NCBI GenBank assembly: GCA_964016885.1
Contig: OZ024755.1
Span: 7,688,001 to 7,752,000 of the forward strand
DNA length: 64,000 nucleotides
Direction of reading: 5' to 3'
Source: Eledone cirrhosa
Lineage: Eukaryota
The stretch's first letter is position 1, and the number at the start of each line of letters is the position of its first letter. Position numbers and translations under genes: made by a program. Positions 55,378-64,000 of this stretch are shown here, piece after piece. The notes beneath the pieces are model-generated. The model did no database searches and was not told the origin of the DNA. It saw only the letters and a program-made list of their open reading frames with translations.

Positions 55378-55573
55378 GCATGTAAATACATATATATATT
55401 TATATATGCATATACATACATATATATATATATATGTATGCATATACATACATACATATATATATATATGCATATACATACATACATATATATATATATG
55501 CATATACATACATACATATATATATATATATGCATATACATACATATGTAAATATATATATATATATATGCAT

Positions 55574-55614
<41 letters not shown>

Positions 55615-55693
55615 TATACATACATATGTGTATATATATATACATATATATATATATGCATATACATACATATATATATATGCATATACGTAC

Positions 55694-55732
<39 letters not shown>

Positions 55733-55815
55733 CATACATATGTATATATATATATATGCATATACATACATATGTATATATATATATATATGGATATACA
55801 TACATATGTATATAT
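53735..55815. repeat. Long TA/CA-derived minisatellite region
   Basis: It has ~18-bp units (catatatatacatataca) and tatgcatatacatacata units, interrupted by unique sequence at ~55030-55290. Confidence 0.9.
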
Positions 55816-55830
55816 ATGGAGGAGGTTATA

Positions 55831-55930
55831 GACAGTTCTAGTCTTGTAGAAGCCATTTCTATATCAAATATTTATACTCTACTATGTATTGAGTACCTTA
55901 CTTACTGTGGTTACCCCCGACTGAACCCGA
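55831..55930 (+). mobile_element. Family C copy
   Basis: It matches the reverse complement of 24289-24385 and is flanked by microsatellites. Confidence 0.75.
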
Positions 55931-55949
55931 CACACACACACACATATAT

Positions 55950-56039
<90 letters not shown>

Positions 56040-56232
56040 CTATATATAATTACAAGAAAGTGATATTGATTTAGTTAGTGTGTTGTTGTAAACAATAACA
56101 ATACTAGGTCAGTATTAATGTTAGTTCTCTCCCCCTGATGTAAGAAATAAATAATTTGCTACGAGCTGCCCTTTGACGAACCTCATCTGTTATAATCTCC
56201 ATAAATATAAACATACGAGTACAGTTTTATTG

Positions 56233-56359
<127 letters not shown>

Positions 56360-56733
56360 TACCAAAATATACGGAAGTGTCCAATCCGTATGAAGAACTC
56401 AATGTAATCCAAATATCATGAAAAGAGAAGAAGTATTCAAAATGTTTTCGATGAAAAACACAGGAAAACAGAGTCAAGATAAATTAATAAAAATAATGAA
56501 TAAAAACAAAGAAACAGTTCCTTATATTAAAAAATTCATCATTTTACGTACGTTTCTAGGATATATATGTGTGTGTTGGTATGTATATCATATAGATCTA
56601 TGTAAACATTTTACAAACTATCAGAGGGAATATACATACCTACACATATATATGCTGTCTTCAGAAATAAATATTTATATATATATATATCAATAATATT
56701 AATAAATTGAAACTATCTTTAGACAACCATATC

Positions 56734-56799
56734 TATTTTATTATATATATTTCAAGGGTACGAACATTTTTTTCTGGTACGCCCTTATCAGATAAAATA
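56734..56799 (-). ncRNA. Hammerhead-like motif (family G), core variant CUGAUAA
   Basis: The minus strand reads uauuuuau CUGAUAA gggcguac..guacccuu GAAA uauaua UA^auaaaaua, with the same stem I as 17389-17455. Confidence 0.5.
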
Positions 56800-56849
56800 C
56801 AAAACTTGTTTTACAGATAGTGACATATCCCAAAGCAAGAACTTATCGT

Positions 56850-56914
56850 CTTAAGTTCTGATGAGAGAGTACCAAAATAAATGTTGGTACTCTTGAAATA
56901 TTTATAATAAAATA
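56850..56914 (+). ncRNA. Hammerhead motif (family G), intact core, damaged stem I
   Basis: The sequence reads CUGAUGA gagaguaccaa aauaaaug uugguacucuu GAAA uauuua UA^auaaaaua, with an 11-bp stem II. Confidence 0.55.
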
Positions 56915-57096
56915 AATATGGTTTTATAAAGATAGTTTCCATTTATTAATATTATTGAAATTATACTCCAGAAGAATATTGTAGAGTGCTTCGAATCTGT
57001 TATAAATAAATTTGTTGAATAACCAACAAATTAAATAACTCTTTGCTTATATATAGGTATGGTGAACTAACTGTTGTGTTACTTCTCTCTCTCTCA

Positions 57097-57142
<46 letters not shown>

Positions 57143-57315
57143 GTGTGTATATATATACATACAGAAAAGCACACACAAACACACTCATAATTAAATATAT
57201 ATACATCTACGTGTGTGTATGGTTCTTTTTTACTATAATGTTAAAGGAATACAGATTCAATGAGTATTCAATAGGATACATAAAATTATTCTCTCTCTCA
57301 CTCCATCTCTCTCTC

Positions 57316-57362
<47 letters not shown>

Positions 57363-57371
57363 GTGTGTATA

Positions 57372-57509
57372 ATGGTAGTTATGGTGCTTCCATAGGCGGT
57401 ATGCCAAAATTAGCACTCAATATTCATACAGAGCAGAGTGTGAATAGTATAAAAAACGAAAAATCAGTGATGCATCTGGACTCAGTTTATTGCGTGTTAC
57501 AACCTGTAA

Positions 57510-57510
<1 letters not shown>
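57372..57510 (+). mobile_element. Family E copy
   Basis: It is homologous to 7988-8102 and lies between microsatellites. Confidence 0.7.
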
Positions 57511-57586
<76 letters not shown>

Positions 57587-57594
57587 CATATACA

Positions 57595-57633
<39 letters not shown>

Positions 57634-58481
57634 TTACAGGGAGAGATAGGGAACAGAAAGAGAGATCGTGAAGAAAAAGTTGTCAACAATAAACATCCAG
57701 GTTTTCGTGGTGATGCATTTTGACACTGATGATGTACCATCGCCGAAACTTAGAAATCACAACCGCCTTTTATTTCAGAAGAGATATACTTAAATGCGTG
57801 AACGGCGATGACGTGATAGCTTAACTAATTCTATTATGTCGTTACCATCTGATGAGATCGCCGATTGTTTCTAGTCATGATCAGATGACGGGAGTTGATT
57901 GATCACAGAAGTACGTATTAAGTAAAAGAAGTTACTGGAATCTGGTCTTCTCTTATTTTTCATTGATATATATAAGGGAAAAAAGTCGAAAATGCAACTG
58001 AAGTCTGTTCAAGAATATTTATTTGTTTCCTTTATCGGTTTCACAATTCTTTTCAAAAGTAGAATTTTGAGTTGGAGGGTTTGTGGTTCTTCTCATAACA
58101 CGACTTTAGCAGAATATACTCTGGCTAAATTTGTAGACTCCCTTCCACTCTACCACCCAAATTTCTACATTTAGAGGTATGGGTACTGTCTTCCCCCAAA
58201 CTAAGGCATTATATATATACATACACACACACACACACACACACACATGTATATATATAAGTATATATATATACATACATTCCTTCATTCATATGTGTAT
58301 GTGTCTCCGTGTGGATTTCCTTGGAATTATATTGGGTTTTCCGTAGCCATTGTCCTCCACTCATTGGTGAATCATGAACAGAAATTAAGTGTTTTAATTG
58401 AATAACGAAGAATGGGGTTAGAATTTTCAGTATATTAATGAGAAGGATGAAGTGTTCCAGGATAAGTGGAATTACACCCCA

Positions 58482-58517
<36 letters not shown>

Positions 58518-58524
58518 CACATGT

Positions 58525-58561
<37 letters not shown>

Positions 58562-58635
58562 CACACATATACATACATACATATATATATATTTACACAC
58601 ATATACACACATACATATATATTTACACACACACG

Positions 58636-58700
<65 letters not shown>

Positions 58701-58842
58701 GGAGAGAGAAAGGAAGAAGACAGCAATGATAATGGGAAATTTTTGAAAGAGGGGTTCTTCTATTATAAAATAGATCAAATGTATATTAACGTGTGGGTGT
58801 GAGTGTGCTGGGAACCTCTGCATATATATACATATACATGCT

Positions 58843-58889
<47 letters not shown>

Positions 58890-58990
58890 CGAGAGAGAGA
58901 GAATATATATATATACATATATATATGTATATATATATATTCATATATGTGCGTGTGTATGTAGATATATAATATATCAATAATATTTAA

Positions 58991-59046
<56 letters not shown>

Positions 59047-59967
59047 ATTTATACATATATTTATACATATATTTATACATATATTTATATATATATATAT
59101 ATATATGTATGTGCATGTATATGTAGATATATAATATATAATATATATATACAATACATATATACATAATATATATATAACATATATATACACATACACA
59201 TGTATATGTGTATATATATTTATATATAATATATATACATAATATATATATAACATATATATATACATACACATGTATATGTGTATGTATATATATGTGA
59301 GAGAGAGAGTGTGAATATTTTAGCATATATGCATACATATATGTATGCATATGTATGCATCTATACATGTCTGTGCGTGTGTATGAATGTGTGTATTTGT
59401 ACGCATATGACTGAAGCTGATGACAGAGACAGCTAAGATAGGCGTTAGTGCTATATTAAACCAGATTAGATAAAAGTTAAACACAGAAAGAGAGAGTCAG
59501 AAACGAAGAGTTATACAAAGGAAATGAAAAACATATTTAAACCTAGAAAAAAAACATGGCGAATAAAGGAACTAAACAGATATGGAAAGGAGGAAAATCA
59601 GTTTGATCAAACCAAATGTGTTCCAGACGAAATAAACAAAGCAAATTTGATAAAAGATAAAGGCTGATTATAAAGACTATAATAGGGATAGATATTTAAA
59701 ATAGACGAGAAAATAAGGGAGGGGGGACATTAAAATGAAGATAAAAAGAGGGTTTTGTACAGAAATCCTTTCATTTCATCTATTTCTATTTCAAGGAAAT
59801 TCGATTATTTTTCTCTCTCATTGTTCCTCCATTGTGTCCTCCATGCTGTCATTGTTGCGGTTTATATTGTTGTAATGGCGGTTATCTTGTGGTGACGCAT
59901 TTTTTTATTCTCATATTGTTGCGGTTTATTTATTGATAATTTTAATGTATTTGTTTTTATTTTATTT

Positions 59968-60040
<73 letters not shown>

Positions 60041-60043
<3 letters not shown>

Positions 60044-60420
60044 CTGGTTTCAGTTATAGACTACATCGATGCTGGGACACCACCTTGAAAGGATTTAGCC
60101 GATAACATGGTCCCCATTACATATTTATTGAAGTCTGGTATATATTTTATCGATTTTTCTCTCTAGGCTACGGACATACACAATCAGTAAGCCTAAACAC
60201 AACATTCACTCCCCCCACTACACACACACACAATATAATATATGTATATACGTGTGTGCTCGTCTGTGTGAATATACAATGAACATCTACACAGTTTAGT
60301 TCACCAAATCTCACTCACAAGATTTTGGTCATCTGATGGAGATATTAAGAAACACCATGCAGTGTAATTGAACCCGAAACCACATGGCTACAGAGCGAAC
60401 TCTTTACCTACAAAGCTATA
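60041..60420 (-). mobile_element. Old full-length tRNA-headed SINE with an internal microsatellite
   Basis: The minus strand has a head with ggttcaattac, then cttgtgagtgagatttggt, a CA/TA middle, and tail ggtggtgtcccagcatc...tgaaaccagtaa. It resembles the abundant octopus SINE as I recall it. Confidence 0.65.
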
Positions 60421-60473
60421 ACAGTATCATATTTCCTTTTTTCATTCTTTATAACATTATTTGATTGTGGGAC

Positions 60474-60577
60474 CCGCCGAGGTTAACTTTGCCTTTCATC
60501 CTTACGGGGTTGATAAAATAAAGTACCAGTAATGTACTGTGTAATTGCTGGCATTGTGCCCAAAATAGAAACAATTA
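60474..60577 (+). mobile_element. 5'-truncated SINE-A with an 18-bp TSD
   Basis: attatttgattgtgggac occurs at 60456-60473 and 60574-60591. Confidence 0.9.
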
Positions 60578-60734
60578 TTTGATTGTGGGACATGAAAACG
60601 AAACACTCAGCAAATATTCAATCTTCCTGCCGTTTGTATCGGTGAATTATGTCACTCAGGGATCCATAAGAAAGAAAACTGTACTTAAGGCTTCATAATT
60701 ATATAGGATTTCTTGGGTGCCGGCATACCTAATT

Positions 60735-61000
60735 GGCTTAGAACCATGAGGTATGTGGTTCAATCTGCGAGGAGGCTTGAGGAAGTGGTTTTACCATAAC
60801 CTTGATTCGACACATGCCTTGTGAACGAATTTAGGTAGACGAAATATGTGTTGAAATCCGTAGGTTCAATTATACATGTAATTCAATGCTCCGGCTTCTT
60901 GTAGTGATTCTGCCTCAGAATTACGATCGGAACACTCTTATCTCTCGAATACTCAGCCATTCACGTGTCAACGTGCAGTTGATCAAATGATTGACTGTAC
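60735..61000 (+). mobile_element. Degraded older SINE fragments
   Basis: ggttcaatc (B-box-like) and gccttgtgaacgaatttaggtagacgaaa resemble the reverse complement of 60290-60330. Confidence 0.45.
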
Positions 61001-62005
61001 ATCGTCAAAACGTACGAAGGATCCATCATACAGGATCTCTTTGTACGACTGTACGACTCAGCTAACACTACGATACAGTTGAGTGAATCAGTGAGTAAGT
61101 GAGAGAGTGAGTGATTGAGTGTGTGAGTGAGTGTGTGTCTGTGTGTCTCTCTGACTCTGTGTGTGCGTGTGTCTCTCTTTTATACTTTACACCAATATTT
61201 TGTACAAATAAGTAAACATGCTATTTTTAAAAATCCAAATCAATATCTATTGTATGTATGTTAAAAGACGTTGTGACTCGGTGATACTTTTACAACGAAT
61301 CGATTCCCTCTCAACCGATTTCGATACTTTATGGTCAGAATATTCTTAGTGAGAGTTGATTTTTATTATTTAACTGAATCTAAGACAACATTACATGTTT
61401 AGCGTTTCGATTGATAGAACCCTTTGCTTTCCTTTTATTTTTACAAATCATTGGTGAATCATGTATAATGTTCTCTTATAAAATCCCTTGGCGAAGAATC
61501 TAGAGAACTATGATGAAAGTATTTCCTTGCAAGCATAGTGTGGTCGATAGAACGATATAGAATTTATTATTTAATCAAACGACTGGCATAAAAGTCTCCG
61601 ATAGTCATTTATTATCCCCCCTTAGTTTGCAGTCCTGACTGCTCATGTCAGAACAGATATGGAAAATCCATTTATTCAAATGTCCGCTAGCACGTTCTCC
61701 GGACACATCAGGACTGATAGCTTGGTGTCGGCCCTCAAAGCTTTTAGCTCCGTGTTTGGCTGCCACTGCAGGGTCCCGTGACAAATCTTTTAAATTAACT
61801 TCTCTGTTTTCATTTTGAAAAGCTTTCAAGGCAATTGTCTTAAAACCCATACATCTTCAATCATTTGAGGCAAACTGCCAAATATTGAAGTCGGGAGGTT
61901 TTTCAAGGAAATTCATTAGCAGAGAGATAAATTGGAGATTTCATTAAATTGATGTTTATGAAAATAGATACATTATCAAAATTAACATCGCAAAATACAT
62001 TTAAT

Positions 62006-62769
<764 letters not shown>

Positions 62770-63440
62770 TTAACTTCGATAAATACTTTTTCATCAACAA
62801 CATACAAGATGATAACCTCTTTTTTCCTTTGTTTCATTTTAGTTATATATTCCTAGATAATGATTTATTGGCATGTAGAATTTTTGAAAATACATTGTCA
62901 AATTTTTTTCTGTTATTTTTGTTGATATTTTTTAAAATGTTGTTTTTTTTCAAATGTTCTCTTTGTATTTTTAAAGACAAATTTAATTTTCTTTTAAAAA
63001 CATTGGATCAAGAGTCATTACGATATAATCTTTCAGTTCAGTACCACCAACATCCCCTGCTGAACTATATTACCCCAAACCTACTGAGTGGCTAAAATCA
63101 AATATATTAAGTGGGAGAAAATTCTGGCAGCTGCTGTAACGTTAGATTTCCATAGAATCAGATGAAGTCGAAAGCTTTCCGAAATAAAGGAACTGAAACG
63201 AAACCCATACAGAAAGTCTTTTTTTTTTCTTTTTTCTTATTCTTTCAATTTTTATATATTTATTATTGTTGTTACTATTATTATTATGTGTGTTATTCTT
63301 TATTTATTTTCGGCATCATTCACTTCTGGCATCAAGTGTACAATACACTACTACTACTGATAATAATAAAAAGAACATGTATAAAACTAAATATAATCCA
63401 TTATGTTGTCGAAACAAGTGAAAATGTGTTTAAATGGGGT

Positions 63441-63563
63441 GCAGACATGGATGTATGGTTTGGGAGTTCACTTCGCAACTACGTGGTTTTATGTTCGGTC
63501 CAACTGCCCATTTGACCAATGCTTTGTAATAAAGAAATTCAATAGATGGAAACTACATAGCAG
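63441..63563 (+). mobile_element. Degraded older SINE
   Basis: The head catggatgtatggtttgggagttcacttcgcaac and the segment gaccaatgctttgt...tagatggaaact match the older family. Confidence 0.45.
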
Positions 63564-63744
63564 ATGAGTACACACACATATTATATATATATATATGTAT
63601 ACTCATAGGATGCGCTTTTTTGTGGCATAAAAACATAGGCAAAGGCTTCCACATAGATGTACCACAGAGATTCGACAAAACGGGAGAGACAAAACAAGCA
63701 CCAAAATTGAAAATTTAAACTGTTAGTCCCAGACTCTGAATGAA

Positions 63745-63791
63745 GCTGTTGAAACGACAATAGCTCAGCCGTCGAGCCCCGACTCTTTCTA
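63745..63791 (+). mobile_element. Diverged family B fragment
   Basis: gttgaaacgacaatagctcagccgtcgagccccgactctttcta resembles 14571-14617. Confidence 0.55.
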
Positions 63792-63801
63792 ACACACACA
63801 C

Positions 63802-63868
<67 letters not shown>

Positions 63869-63954
63869 TTTGCAAATTTAAAAATATATGCATATCTACA
63901 GAGAGAAGAAGGGGTTGAGTGTAAAAGAGAAAGTTGTCTCACTCTTTTTCTCTT

Positions 63955-64000
<46 letters not shown>

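Noticed and set aside
57724-57760. CTGATGA...CGAAAC motif, with a nearby (TG)n-ttttcag acceptor
   Set aside because: No helices support an HHR, and the reading frames after the acceptor close quickly.
61605-61850. 81-aa non-repetitive ORF on the minus strand
   Set aside because: I recognise no motif or clear splice context. A BLAST search would be needed.

Overview
This is very AT-rich, microsatellite-saturated eukaryotic non-coding DNA (intron or intergenic). The SINE sequences resemble those I recall from Octopus/cephalopod genomes; this is an inference, as no database search was run. No credible protein-coding gene was found, and almost all listed ORFs are translations of (TA)n, (CA)n, (GA)n or trinucleotide repeats. 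The window holds four classes of sequence. (1) About 17 copies of a tRNA-headed SINE with a Meta/MESC-like core; several young copies have 11-19 bp target-site duplications (TSDs) that all begin with ATTA. (2) Older tRNA-headed SINEs, a probable RTE-derived non-autonomous element and MITE-like remnants. (3) Several unrelated short repeat families (labelled B-G here) lodged in (TA)n tracts. These show fold-back inversions, and some carry minimal type-I hammerhead ribozyme (HHR) motifs, as expected for Penelope-like element (PLE) termini or retrozymes. (4) Long simple and compound repeats. The best candidate system is 26889-27320, a 311-bp, hairpin-rich unit with identical 121-bp direct repeats and an intact-looking hammerhead. 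Other highlights are an inverted dimer with HHR motifs on both strands (56690-56958) and a nested 880-bp palindrome (40780-41661). All RNA folds were done by eye.
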